This document shows positions 1 through 7,979 of a stretch of 11,465 nucleotides of DNA, piece by piece. The first letter of the stretch is position 1, and every line of letters starts with the position of its first letter. This stretch comes from Gemmatimonadota bacterium (GTDB taxonomy: Bacteria; Gemmatimonadota; Gemmatimonadetes; Gemmatimonadales; Gemmatimonadaceae): contig JANMLN010000195.1 in NCBI GenBank assembly GCA_031372565.1, forward strand, positions 1 through 11,465, given 5' to 3'. Below the pieces are notes generated by a model. The model saw nothing but the letters and a program-made list of their open reading frames with translations, ran no database searches and was not told the DNA's origin. A program made the translations under genes and the position numbers.

Positions 1-280
1 CCGCCTGCCGCCGAAGGGCCGCATGCAGGAGCACGTCGGCCGCACCCACCGCATCGAGGGTCCGTCTCGCGTCGCCGCCGATCGTCCCGTCGCCTGCATG
101 CACACTCAGCCGCGCGCCGACCGAGTGGGCGACGTCGGCCAGCGCCGGCACGCGATCGGGACGGGGCACGATGGCCGCCACGCGGTGTCCCAAGGCGAGA
201 CAGTGGCGCACGAGCGCCATCCCCAGCGGTTGCGAGGCGCCCGTGATGATGACCCGGCGCGCAGCATCAGATTGGTCCAT
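1..280 (-). CDS. SDR-family (short-chain dehydrogenase/reductase) oxidoreductase, 5' part; runs off window
   Basis: Manual translation from ATG at 280: MDQSDAARRVIITGASQPLGMALVRHCLALGHRVAAIV...ADVLLHAA, a Rossmann TGxxxxG-like N-terminus. Not in the ORF track because no stop lies in the window. Confidence 0.75.
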   Translation of the reverse strand, partial: MDQSDAARRVIITGASQPLGMALVRHCLALGHRVAAIVPRPDRVPALADVAHSVGARLSVHAGDGTIGGDARRTLDAVGAADVLLHAALRRQA

Positions 281-330
281 GCCGCACAAGATACAGGCTC
301 GCGACGGGCGGCTCGAGCGACGCCCACCGC

Positions 331-600
331 CCGTGGTGCGGTGCGGCTTGCGAAGCTGCCGCCGAGATCGTGGGCCAGCCGGTCTCGGTGTTCATGCCGG
401 ACGACCGGAGACACGAGGAAGCCGAGCTGCAGGCGCGGCTCGATGCGGGCGCGCGCGCACGACATCGTGTGCACCGACCGTCGCATGCCGGGCGTGGACG
501 GGCTCGCCCTCAATGACCATCTGGCGCCACGATACCCCGCGATGCGGTTCGTGGTCCTCACGGGGGTCCCCGGTCACGACCTGATCGCCGCGCTTCGCAT
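331..600 (+). pseudogene. Degraded two-component gene relic: PAS fragment joined out of frame to a receiver-domain fragment
   Basis: Frame from 355 reads AAAEIVGQPVSVFMPDDRRHEEAELQARLDAG (PAS-like). A different frame from 461 reads DIVCTDRRMPGVDGLAL...MRFVVLTG (REC-like). No single intact ORF joins them. Confidence 0.6.
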
Positions 601-690
601 TTCCCGCACAACTTTGCGGCAATCGGCTCCAGACGTCGCCCAACGGTCGCAGGATGCGGCAGGTGGCTACTCGCCAACCGGACGAATCGG

Positions 691-2760
691 GTGCAGCTTG
701 GCGACGTGAATCAGCGCGCCTTTCTGAAGAACATGCAGGATTGGTCCTGCGTGGATGTTCGCCGTTGGGTGGTCGGCGGCGTGACAATTCAGGTCGTCGG
801 ATACCTCACGATCCTGGTCGTGGGCGTACTGGCTTTCGGGTGGGATCCGCTCATCACGCCACGCCTGCTCGTGGCGGCGGGAAGCTGTGGAGTGGCGCTC
901 GGCCTCGCATTGCGCGGCCACTATCAGACCGCCAGCCTCCTCGCGCTCTCGGTCACCTGGCTCGAGATCCAGGTCGGGTTTCTCACCAAGGCCGAAGCGA
1001 TCGGTCCCGGGCTCGCGGTGCTGCCGGTGCTCGTCATGGGCGTCTGCATTCTCACGGGGAGCCGCGCGGGGCTCGTGGTGGCCTTGGTCACCATTCTCGC
1101 GAGCGTCCTGTCGCATCGCCTCAACCCGTTCGTGCGAGAGTCCGGCTTCACGCCGCAGCTGGTCTATTGGCTGGCGATGCATGCGATCGGGGTGATGGCG
1201 GGGTGGACGATCATGACGCTCAGCCTCGAGGGCTTCAGCCGGGTCTTCACGCAGCTGCGCGCTCGCCAGCAGGACTTGGCGGATACGATCCGCTTTGCCC
1301 CCGACGGCATGCTCGTGGTGGATGCGGCGCAGGCGATCATCATCGCGAATCCCGCAGCCGAGGCAATCCTGCGGATGCCGGCAGAGCGCATCGTCGGGCG
1401 CACGTACACGGCCGTGCTTGCGGAAGCATCGGGACAGCCGGAGGATCCCGCCGCGCTGCCCGCAGACACCGGCGAAACGCCGATCGCGCTGCAGTGGGTC
1501 TCGCGCGATGGCACGGCGCTTCACGTGGAGGCCACCTGGCGCGGCATGGAGGGCGGGCGACGCGAGGTGCTCCTGCGCGACGTCTCGGTGCGGCGCCGGC
1601 TCGAGCAGGAGCGGCAAGCGATGGAAGCCCAGGTGGCGGAAGCGCGGCGCCTCGAGGCCGTCGGTCAGCTCGCGGGCGGGCTCTCGCACGACTTCAACAA
1701 CATCCTCACGGCCATCGGCGGGCTGGCCGAACTGCTGCGTGCGGAGGCCGATCCCACGGTGCGCGCCGCCCTCGCCGACGAGATGGCGGCCGCGCGCGAG
1801 CGCGGCGCGGCGCTCACGCGACAGCTCCTCGCCTTCGCGAATCGGGACGTGGTGCAGCCACGCGTGCTCGATCTGGCGGCCTTCGTGACGGCGCTCGAAC
1901 CGCGCCTGCGCGCACAACTGGGCGCGGAGCATTCGCTCGTGATCATGACGACCCCCGGCTGCTGGGTGCGGGCGGACGAGGCGCAGATCGCGCAGGCCAT
2001 CGAGAGCCTGGTGGCCAATGCGCAGGATGCGATGCGCACGGCGGGCCGGTGCACCATCACCGTCGACCACTACACCGGCGTGGTCGGGGTGCCGCAGGTG
2101 CGGCTGCGCGTGGCCGACACCGGCGCGGGCATGGCGCCGGGGGTTGCGGAGCGCGCCTTCGAACCCTTCTTCACGACCAAGGCGCGCGGCCACGGCCGGG
2201 GACTCGGGCTGACGATCGTGCACGCGCTGGTGACGCAGAGCGGTGGCATCTCGCGTATCCGATCGGAGAAGGGATCGGGCACCAGTGTCGAGATGGACCT
2301 GCCGTTGGTGGCGGCTCCGGCCCGGCAGACACCGACGTCTTCGGCCCCCGTGGTGGTCACCACGGGCCGCACGATCCTCCTCGCGGAGGACGACGATGGC
2401 ACGCGCTCGACCGTGGCGCGACTGCTGCGCCGGTCGGGCTACACGGTCATCGAGGCGCGCGATGGCACCGAGGGGCTGCATCTGGCGATGACGACGCGCG
2501 AGCCGATCCACCTGCTCCTGACCGACGTCATGATGCCCGGTCTGACCGGCCCCGCGCTCGCCGATCGCGTGCGCGACGTGGACGGGAGCATCCCCGTGCT
2601 CTTCATGACCGGGTACGCGGAACAGGATGTCGCCGCGCACCTCTCGGCGGGCCGGGCGGGCCGCGCGTTGATCGCGAAGCCGTTCGCGCCGGACGCACTC
2701 CTCACGCGGGTGGAGGCGCTCATGCGCGCGGGCCAGTCCGAGGACGCCCTCACGAGCTGA
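691..2760 (+). CDS. Membrane-bound hybrid sensor histidine kinase/response regulator (TM-PAS-HisKA-HATPase-REC, CckA-like architecture)
   Basis: Hydrophobic N-terminal helices; PAS (APDGMLVVD..ANPAAEAIL); H-box GGLSHDFNNIL; N-box ANAQDAM; DTGAGM, FEPFFTTK, GRGLGL; receiver LLAEDD..LLTDVMMPG..KPF. Exact start uncertain. Confidence 0.93.
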   Translation: MQLGDVNQRAFLKNMQDWSCVDVRRWVVGGVTIQVVGYLTILVVGVLAFGWDPLITPRLLVAAGSCGVALGLALRGHYQTASLLALSVTWLEIQVGFLTKAEAIGPGLAVLPVLVMGVCILTGSRAGLVVALVTILASVLSHRLNPFVRESGFTPQLVYWLAMHAIGVMAGWTIMTLSLEGFSRVFTQLRARQQDLADTIRFAPDGMLVVDAAQAIIIANPAAEAILRMPAERIVGRTYTAVLAEASGQPEDPAALPADTGETPIALQWVSRDGTALHVEATWRGMEGGRREVLLRDVSVRRRLEQERQAMEAQVAEARRLEAVGQLAGGLSHDFNNILTAIGGLAELLRAEADPTVRAALADEMAAARERGAALTRQLLAFANRDVVQPRVLDLAAFVTALEPRLRAQLGAEHSLVIMTTPGCWVRADEAQIAQAIESLVANAQDAMRTAGRCTITVDHYTGVVGVPQVRLRVADTGAGMAPGVAERAFEPFFTTKARGHGRGLGLTIVHALVTQSGGISRIRSEKGSGTSVEMDLPLVAAPARQTPTSSAPVVVTTGRTILLAEDDDGTRSTVARLLRRSGYTVIEARDGTEGLHLAMTTREPIHLLLTDVMMPGLTGPALADRVRDVDGSIPVLFMTGYAEQDVAAHLSAGRAGRALIAKPFAPDALLTRVEALMRAGQSEDALTS

Positions 2761-2833
2761 GTGGCGCTCGCCGGTGCGCGACGGCCACCGTGTCTCGCAG
2801 GCAGACGGAGCCGGTCTCCGCCGCGTGCACGGA

Positions 2834-3904
2834 TCAGCGCTGGAGCCGCACCAGGGTGAAGTGCTGCTCCGCCACGTCGAGCGTGAGTGACATCGCGCGG
2901 TCAGCCCCCGGTGCGAATTCCGCCGTCCCCACCGTGTGGCGGAAGGCGAAGCGCGTGGCGGTTTCGGGCACGAGTTCCAGTTCGCGGTTGAATCCCCTGA
3001 GCGCCAGCAGCAGCCGGTCGTCGCGGCGCGTGATCGTCGCAACCGGACTGCCCTGCCGCCCGTAGCTCCCCGTGAGTGCGTCGAGCGCCTCGGCGCTCAT
3101 GCGCAGCGCGGGCCTGCTCTCAGCGAGCCCCGCCTCATCCGTCGGCAGGTCGGGGAGCGGGCGCGCCCAGATGTTGCGATAGCGCACGGGGTGCGCATGG
3201 TCTTGCAGGACCAGCGGCAGCGAATCGGCGTGGGCCTCGTACGGAGCAAACTGCAGCCAGCTGGTGCCGCCCCAGAAGGTCGCCCCGTCCTGCACGACGA
3301 CGCCGTTGTGCAGCACGGTCGCGCGGGCCGGCGTCACGAGCTTCCCCGCAGCGTCGAATCGCGGGCGGCGGAAGATGATGTCGTAGCTCTGCCAGGTCCC
3401 CGCAGGGAGAGACGCGTTCACGAGGGGCGGGTGCTGTCCGTACAGCGCGCCGGCCTGTCCGTCCGCGTACGTGTCGCTGCCGTGCGAGTCGAGCACCTGC
3501 ACTTCGTACTTCCCCATGATGATCACGCCACTGTTGCCGCGATCCTGCCCCTTGCCGCGCGGTGGTGACGGTGTGGCCCACTCAAGGTGCAGCTGCATGT
3601 CGCCGAGCCCGCGCCTTGTGATCAGCGGGCCGCCGCCCGGCGCGGTCTCCATGTAGCCGTCGCGAAGTGTCCACTTGGGCGGCGCGCCGCCGGGGCCGCT
3701 CCAGTGGCGCAGATCCGTGCCATCGAACAGGACGATCGCGTCGCTTGGCGGAGCCCCGGCGGCGGTGCCCGGCGTAACGATCGACGGCTTTGGGCGCGCG
3801 GGGTCGTGAGCTTTCCAGCGTGCGCCCTGCGCGCCAAGGGATGCGGGCAGCATCGCGCAGGTCATCGAGACCGCAAGGACGGCAGGGATTGAACAGAACC
3901 GCAT
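2834..3904 (-). CDS. Secreted DUF1080 / 3-keto-disaccharide hydrolase-like protein with C-terminal extension
   Basis: Motifs PPSDAIVLFDG, QLHLEW, GQDRGNSGV, YEVQVLDS, GALYGQ, WQSYDIIF, LQDH.HPVRYRNIW. Signal-peptide-like N-terminus; ATG at 3904 preceded by GAGG. Confidence 0.88.
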   Translation of the reverse strand: MRFCSIPAVLAVSMTCAMLPASLGAQGARWKAHDPARPKPSIVTPGTAAGAPPSDAIVLFDGTDLRHWSGPGGAPPKWTLRDGYMETAPGGGPLITRRGLGDMQLHLEWATPSPPRGKGQDRGNSGVIIMGKYEVQVLDSHGSDTYADGQAGALYGQHPPLVNASLPAGTWQSYDIIFRRPRFDAAGKLVTPARATVLHNGVVVQDGATFWGGTSWLQFAPYEAHADSLPLVLQDHAHPVRYRNIWARPLPDLPTDEAGLAESRPALRMSAEALDALTGSYGRQGSPVATITRRDDRLLLALRGFNRELELVPETATRFAFRHTVGTAEFAPGADRAMSLTLDVAEQHFTLVRLQR

Positions 3905-3984
3905 GAGGACCTCGTGGATGAATGGCGGCAGTACCCGGAACCGTGCCACGACCCTCACCAGCTCGCCCCAACCGCAACGCAAAA

Positions 3985-4013
3985 ACGGCCATCAGCACCA
4001 ACCGCCGTCATGC
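3985..4013 (-). repeat. Degenerate terminal attC-like site (left arm only)
   Basis: Minus strand GCATGACggcggttggtgctgatggccgt matches the left arm of the attC at 8567-8595 at 26/29 nt. No recognisable R' box downstream. Confidence 0.65.
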
Positions 4014-4042
4014 AGGCCCGCGGCGACGCATGGCGTACTGAT

Positions 4043-4360
4043 CTACTCAAGTCCGAGCGCACTGCGCGCTCCGGTGAAATCGACGAGTACCGCGCTGAGC
4101 ACCAGCGCGCTGGTCGCGAGAAGAAGCCACGTCACTCGGCGACCGGTGGCTCTCCCGGGGATGTCCGCACGGCGCAACATGCGCACGTTCAGCCCCAAGG
4201 CGACGGACGCCACAGCAGCGGTGAGCATCGCCAGCGCCTGGTACCCAAGCGGATTCGTCGGCACGCGCCAGTACAGGCCATTGAGCGCCGCCGCAGCGAC
4301 GGTGAACCAGAAGCCTGCGCCGAGATACTTGGACAGATGGCGAGCGACTCCGCCGCTCAA
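4043..4360 (-). CDS. Small hypothetical membrane protein (about 3 TM helices), cassette-borne
   Basis: Three hydrophobic stretches. Probable TTG start at 4360 after AAGGGG; the longer ORF-track start lies inside the attC. Confidence 0.55.
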   Translation of the reverse strand: MSGGVARHLSKYLGAGFWFTVAAAALNGLYWRVPTNPLGYQALAMLTAAVASVALGLNVRMLRRADIPGRATGRRVTWLLLATSALVLSAVLVDFTGARSALGLE

Positions 4361-4423
4361 CTGGGCCCCTTGGCTGGGAAGAGAAGTTGCTTCACGTTGA
4401 CGTGCACGGAGGTGGCTTGCTCG

Positions 4424-4512
4424 GCATAACGTGGGCTGGTGTTGCAGGCGCTTCCATAAAAAGTACGACAGGGCGCGGCCGCTCGCCTGCTTCCTCAACG
4501 CGGCGGTCAGAC
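4424..4512 (-). repeat. attC-like recombination site
   Basis: Minus: GTCTGAC...gcaggcg...cgcctgc...GTTATGC. Canonical GTT core; outer arms poorly paired. Confidence 0.65.
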
Positions 4513-4523
4513 ACCACGCGTCG

Positions 4524-5003
4524 TCATGTGGCGGCGCGCCGGTCTTGGTCCGCGTGCTCGAAGGTGAAGATGGTCACGGGCGCAGGATCGCCTCGGAGCG
4601 CCGTGTAGAATGCGACGGCGTGATCATCCTCAACGTCGGCGGGCACGAACGCAACCGTCACGCCGGCCGCGGCCGCGTCGCGGCAGAGGGTCTCGACCAA
4701 CCGGCGCCCAATGCCGCGGCGTTGGTGCGTGGGATGGACGGCGAGGTCGTAGATGAACAACTCGTGGGCTTCGTTCCGGGTCATCGGCAGCACGTGTGCC
4801 GTGATGCCCCCGACGGGATCCGCGCCATCCAGCGCGACGAGCGCCCAGAAGTCAGGTCGAGCGAGCAGGGCGTCGACGTAGGGGGCCGACAGCGCGTCGC
4901 CCCCCTCAGCGAAGACGGTGGTCATCAGGTCAAACGTCTGCTGTGCCAGGCGCCGATCAGAGGGGCCCAGGCGCTGTACGACGATGTCATCGCTGCGACG
5001 CAT
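4524..5003 (-). CDS. GNAT N-acetyltransferase, AAC(3)-I-like
   Basis: YVDALL..FWALVALDG..VGGITAHVLP..ELFIYDLAVHPTHQRRGIG..VPADVEDDHAVAFY parallels the AAC(3)-I motif order; acetyl-CoA motif QRRGIG. Confidence 0.85.
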   Translation of the reverse strand: MRRSDDIVVQRLGPSDRRLAQQTFDLMTTVFAEGGDALSAPYVDALLARPDFWALVALDGADPVGGITAHVLPMTRNEAHELFIYDLAVHPTHQRRGIGRRLVETLCRDAAAAGVTVAFVPADVEDDHAVAFYTALRGDPAPVTIFTFEHADQDRRAAT

Positions 5004-5028
5004 CGGTGCTCCAAGGTTGGCTTTGCCC

Positions 5029-5141
5029 ACATGACGAACAAGGTTCAGCTGCGGGGCCCTGACGAACGAACGGGAGGCGGCGCGGAGCCAAGCGCCATCG
5101 GGCAACTGCTCGGGCCCCGGCAGCTCCAACCGGCGCTAGCT
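5029..5141 (-). repeat. attC-like recombination site
   Basis: Minus: AGCTAGC gcc ggttggagctgccggggccc ... gggccccgcagctgaacc ttgttc GTCATGT. Extra unpaired bases on the left arm; overlaps the higA stop codon. Confidence 0.8.
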
Positions 5142-5438
5142 GGCCGCCGCGAAAATCTCGACTTCGGCACGCAGCCGACTGCCGAGGCGATCCCGCTCGG
5201 TCTCCAGGTCGAAGTGCGCCTGCAGGTTGAGCCAGAACTGGGCCGTGGTCCCGAAGAAGCGCGCGAGGCGCAGCGCGGTATCGGCACTGATGGCGCGCTT
5301 GCCGTGGACGATCTCGTTGATCCGGCGTGGCGGGACCGAGAGCGCGTGCGCGAGCCGGTACTGCGACAGACTCATGGGCACGAGGAACTCTTCGAGGAGG
5401 ACCTCGCCGGGATGGATGGGGGGCAGCTTCTTGGCCAT
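5136..5438 (-). CDS. higA: HigA family addiction-module antitoxin (HTH)
   Basis: PPIHPGEVLLEEFL..LSQYRLA..RRINEIVHGKRAISADTALRLARFFGTTAQFWLNLQ; AGGAG 5 nt upstream of the ATG at 5438. Confidence 0.95.
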   Translation of the reverse strand: MAKKLPPIHPGEVLLEEFLVPMSLSQYRLAHALSVPPRRINEIVHGKRAISADTALRLARFFGTTAQFWLNLQAHFDLETERDRLGSRLRAEVEIFAAAS

Positions 5439-5446
5439 ACGCACTC

Positions 5447-5728
5447 CTGGTGGTAGTCGACGATCTCGACGTCCAAGGCATCGGTGCCCGACCAGCGGAC
5501 GCAGATGCGCCACTGATCGTTGACGCGAATGCTGTACTGGCCCTCGCGATCACGCCGCAACTTCTCGAGGCGATTGCCGGGCGGCAGGCGGAGCTCCTCA
5601 AGCCGGCTGGCCGCGTGGAGGACGCCAAGTTTCCGCAGCATCACGCGCCGCAAATCGGCGGGGAAGCGTCGGACGGGCTCGCGCGCCCAGAGGCGCTCCG
5701 TGTCGCGGTCGGCAAAGCCTCGAATCGA
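5447..5728 (-). pseudogene. higB: HigB (RelE/ParE-family) toxin, apparently lacking a normal start and stop
   Basis: IRGFADRDTERLW..LRKL..LRLPPGNRLEKL..GQYSIRVNDQWRICVRW..DVEIVDYH. The expected start codon reads TCG (5726-5728). The expected stop reads CAG (5447-5449), so the frame stays open to 5372. Confidence 0.8.
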
Positions 5729-5733
5729 GTCGA

Positions 5734-5762
5734 ATAATAACGCTCGGCGTTATTACTGACAC
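5734..5762 (-). promoter_or_regulatory. higBA promoter with overlapping palindromic operator
   Basis: Perfect inverted repeat TAATAACGC-tcg-GCGTTATTA (5735-5755). Minus-strand -35-like GTGTCA (5757-5762), 17-nt spacer, -10-like TATTAT (5734-5739). Confidence 0.75.
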
Positions 5763-5779
5763 GAGGCCCGCTCGTGGCC

Positions 5780-5908
5780 AGCTGACGACCGGAAACAAGC
5801 TGCGAAGCGGTGTCCGCGTCCAAACGGCACGTCTCGGACATGAGGCGGCATGTCCATTCTGGCAACCATGCCGCCGAAAGCTTTGTCAGCGTCATCCCGT
5901 TGTTGGGC
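5780..5908 (-). repeat. attC-like recombination site
   Basis: Minus: canonical R'' GCCCAAC, arm gctgacaaagc pairing with gcttcgcagc, and R' GTCAGCT. Internal hairpin GGACATG-n6-CATGTCC (5836-5855). Confidence 0.8.
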
Positions 5909-5933
5909 GGCCCTGTGGCCAGACCCACATCCG

Positions 5934-6302
5934 TTAGCTCGTTCGCCCTTCTCCAACCGAGAACACCAGGCCGTCCGGATCGGTGTACTGCGCGACCCGG
6001 GCGCCGAACACGGTCTTGGGCTCCTGCACGCACGGCACGCCGTGAGCCACCATGCGCCCATGAAACTGGTCCAGGTCCGTTACCTGAAACCCCGGACGGC
6101 AAGATCCGGCACTTGGTTCGCTTGGCCCGCCGAATTGCCGCCCGACTCCGCCAGCATGGTGAAGCGCGAGAGTTGCTCCGTCAGTCCCGAACTCGGTCCA
6201 GTTCGCAGACTCGAACCGCAGGGGCAGCCCGAGCGTGTCACGGTAGAACGCGACGGCACGGCGCATGTCACTCACGAACACCATCGCGTAGTTGACTCGC
6301 AT
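5934..6302 (-). CDS. VOC / glyoxalase-bleomycin resistance family protein
   Basis: VNYAMVFVSDMRRAVAFYRDTLGL..F.V.DLD..G.RVAQYTDPDGLVFSV; purine-rich RBS upstream. Confidence 0.9.
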   Translation of the reverse strand: MRVNYAMVFVSDMRRAVAFYRDTLGLPLRFESANWTEFGTDGATLALHHAGGVGRQFGGPSEPSAGSCRPGFQVTDLDQFHGRMVAHGVPCVQEPKTVFGARVAQYTDPDGLVFSVGEGRTS

Positions 6303-6326
6303 CTGCCTTCCCTCACTCATGGGTCC

Positions 6327-6465
6327 GCCAAACGCTCGCGCTCTGCATCGAACGCCCACACGGATGTCAGCGGGGCGTTCGCTCCGCCCTTGAGGCTATC
6401 GCGAACGCCCCGCGCTCGCCACACCGATGCTGGCAGCGTGTGCCGGCAGCATCGTAGGGTTCGGC
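6327..6465 (-). repeat. attC-like recombination site
   Basis: Minus: GCCGAAC ... GTTTGGC. Contains a perfect 13-bp inner stem GCGGGGCGTTCGC/GCGAACGCCCCGC (6370-6382/6401-6413); outer arms degenerate. Confidence 0.65.
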
Positions 6466-6494
6466 CGCTCGCGGCAGCACCGGCGGCGCCTTCT

Positions 6495-7292
6495 CTACAG
6501 TGGCGACGTCCGACACCGCGCCGCCAAGAGGCCGGTGGCCGCGCGCAGGTCCACGTCCGCCAGCAACAGTCCGGCAAGCCCGTACGGTTGGGCGCACTGC
6601 AGCGACCCGTCCGGCCGGGCGACGGCCGACGTCGTACTGGAGCCGTCGCTCGCGTAGTTGACCGACGCGAAGTAGCACGTGTTCTCGGCGGCCCGACAGA
6701 GGATCGCCTTCTCATGAAACGAGTTCGCGGGATCGCCAAACGTCGTGGGGCGATACGCGCCTGGTTCGGCCCGACTCGCGTGGGGATGAAACACCACCTG
6801 CGCGCCCCGGCGCGCCGCCCACCGCACCGTCTCGGGATAGCGCCACCCCTCATGGCAGATCACGACGCCGAAGGTCAGGGGACCCGCCGTGAACACATGA
6901 CGGTCCGCCCCGAACGCGGGATACTGTTGCTCCTCGTCCGGATCCAGCTGCCCCTTGTCCTGCCAGCCCGCAATCGTGCCATCTGCACGGATCACACACG
7001 CCGTGATCTGCAGCCCGCGCGCCGTGAGGCGTTCGGTGCCGAGAATCACGGTGACGTCGGCCGCCCTGGCCGTCGCGGCTACGGTGACCAACGCCTGCTC
7101 GAGAAACACCGGGTCGGGCGCGGCGAGTGTCGTGTCGGGCCACCGATATCCGGGGATGAAGCACTCCGGAAAGCAGACGACGCGAGCCTGCTGTCGACCG
7201 GCCTCGAGGATCGCCGCGGTTGCGAGCTGGACGGACTCGGTGGGGGTGGTCGGCGCGCGGAGGTTGGCGAGGGCGATCCGCACGGTGGTCAT
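6495..7292 (-). CDS. Carbon-nitrogen hydrolase (nitrilase superfamily)
   Basis: Catalytic triad contexts FPECFIPGY (E), QDKGQL (K), VICHEG (C); RAAEN motif. Alternative start at 7304. Confidence 0.92.
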   Translation of the reverse strand: MTTVRIALANLRAPTTPTESVQLATAAILEAGRQQARVVCFPECFIPGYRWPDTTLAAPDPVFLEQALVTVAATARAADVTVILGTERLTARGLQITACVIRADGTIAGWQDKGQLDPDEEQQYPAFGADRHVFTAGPLTFGVVICHEGWRYPETVRWAARRGAQVVFHPHASRAEPGAYRPTTFGDPANSFHEKAILCRAAENTCYFASVNYASDGSSTTSAVARPDGSLQCAQPYGLAGLLLADVDLRAATGLLAARCRTSPL

Positions 7293-7344
7293 GGCATGGT
7301 CCAAGGAAAGTGGGGCCCAGCGTCGCGACGATCGTGGTTGTGCG

Positions 7345-7438
7345 GCCTGACGTCAAGTTGTGCTGTGGACGCTTCAATAATGCGACCGCGAAGCGGCCGC
7401 CATCAATAGCGCGGCCACCTGCACCACTTTCGTCATGC
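7345..7438 (-). repeat. attC-like recombination site
   Basis: Minus: GCATGAC ga aagtggtgcaggtggccgc ... gcgtccacagcacaactt gac GTCAGGC; well-paired arms. Confidence 0.8.
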
Positions 7439-7490
7439 CGCACTGTACCATCGGGAGACCCTTCGGCGACGCTGCCCGTGCACCGCTCTT

Positions 7491-7889
7491 CTAGCGCTGC
7501 TTCACGCGCTCGCGGATATCGCGGTACGCGGCCTCAACTAGCGCTTCCAGTGCTGGCGTGTCAACGATCGTCATCGCGGTGAGCCTCACATGGCGCATGT
7601 ACTTGCCAGCGCCCTCCAGGAGACCGGTACGGTCGCCAAGCACTGCCCCGTGGAAGAAGCCCACGTTCAGGTGCGTCCTGAAGATGTTGACATACGCAAA
7701 CGGCGCCGCGTCGACGCAGACGACGGGGCAGCCATCATGCACGAGCTCGCGCACGTCCGGACCAAACCGACGCATCCGTGCATGCCAGTGCTGCGCGATC
7801 TCTTGCAGTACGCCCGAGTGTCGCGCGAACCACTCGGCCACGGCAGGGTCGCGCTCAAGCCCGGATGAGAACCGTAGTAGCGAAGTCAA
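7491..7889 (-). CDS. DUF1801 (YdhG-like) domain protein
   Basis: DVRELVHDGCP..PFAYVN..HLNVGFFHGAVL.D..GLLEGAGKYMRHVRL..LEALVEAAY; TTG start at 7889 after GAGGAG. Confidence 0.85.
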   Translation of the reverse strand: MTSLLRFSSGLERDPAVAEWFARHSGVLQEIAQHWHARMRRFGPDVRELVHDGCPVVCVDAAPFAYVNIFRTHLNVGFFHGAVLGDRTGLLEGAGKYMRHVRLTAMTIVDTPALEALVEAAYRDIRERVKQR

Positions 7890-7923
7890 TCTGTCAGCTC
7901 CTCGCAGTTGGTGTGCGCACACC

Positions 7924-7953
7924 GCCCGCGCCAGCGGCATGTGCTGGTCATGC
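7924..7953 (-). repeat. Truncated attC-like site (R'' and left arm only)
   Basis: Minus GCATGACcagcacatgccgctggcgcgggc, 26 nt after the GNAT stop. No matching right arm or R' before the next RBS. Confidence 0.55.
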
Positions 7954-7979
7954 GGCGGCGCCAGGGAAGCGGCCGAGTC

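Noticed and set aside
2761..2833. Weak hairpin between the convergent kinase and DUF1080 genes as attC or terminator
   Set aside because: Short imperfect GC stems, no R boxes and no T-tract; not supportable.
654..3065. Very long alternative ORFs (654-3065 +, 667-3042 -)
   Set aside because: Shadow frames of the GC-rich kinase gene; Arg/Ala/Gly-rich with no motifs.
4431..7409. Plus-strand ORFs 4431-5456 and 5850-7409
   Set aside because: Antisense to well-supported minus-strand genes, cross attC sites, and have no recognisable domains.
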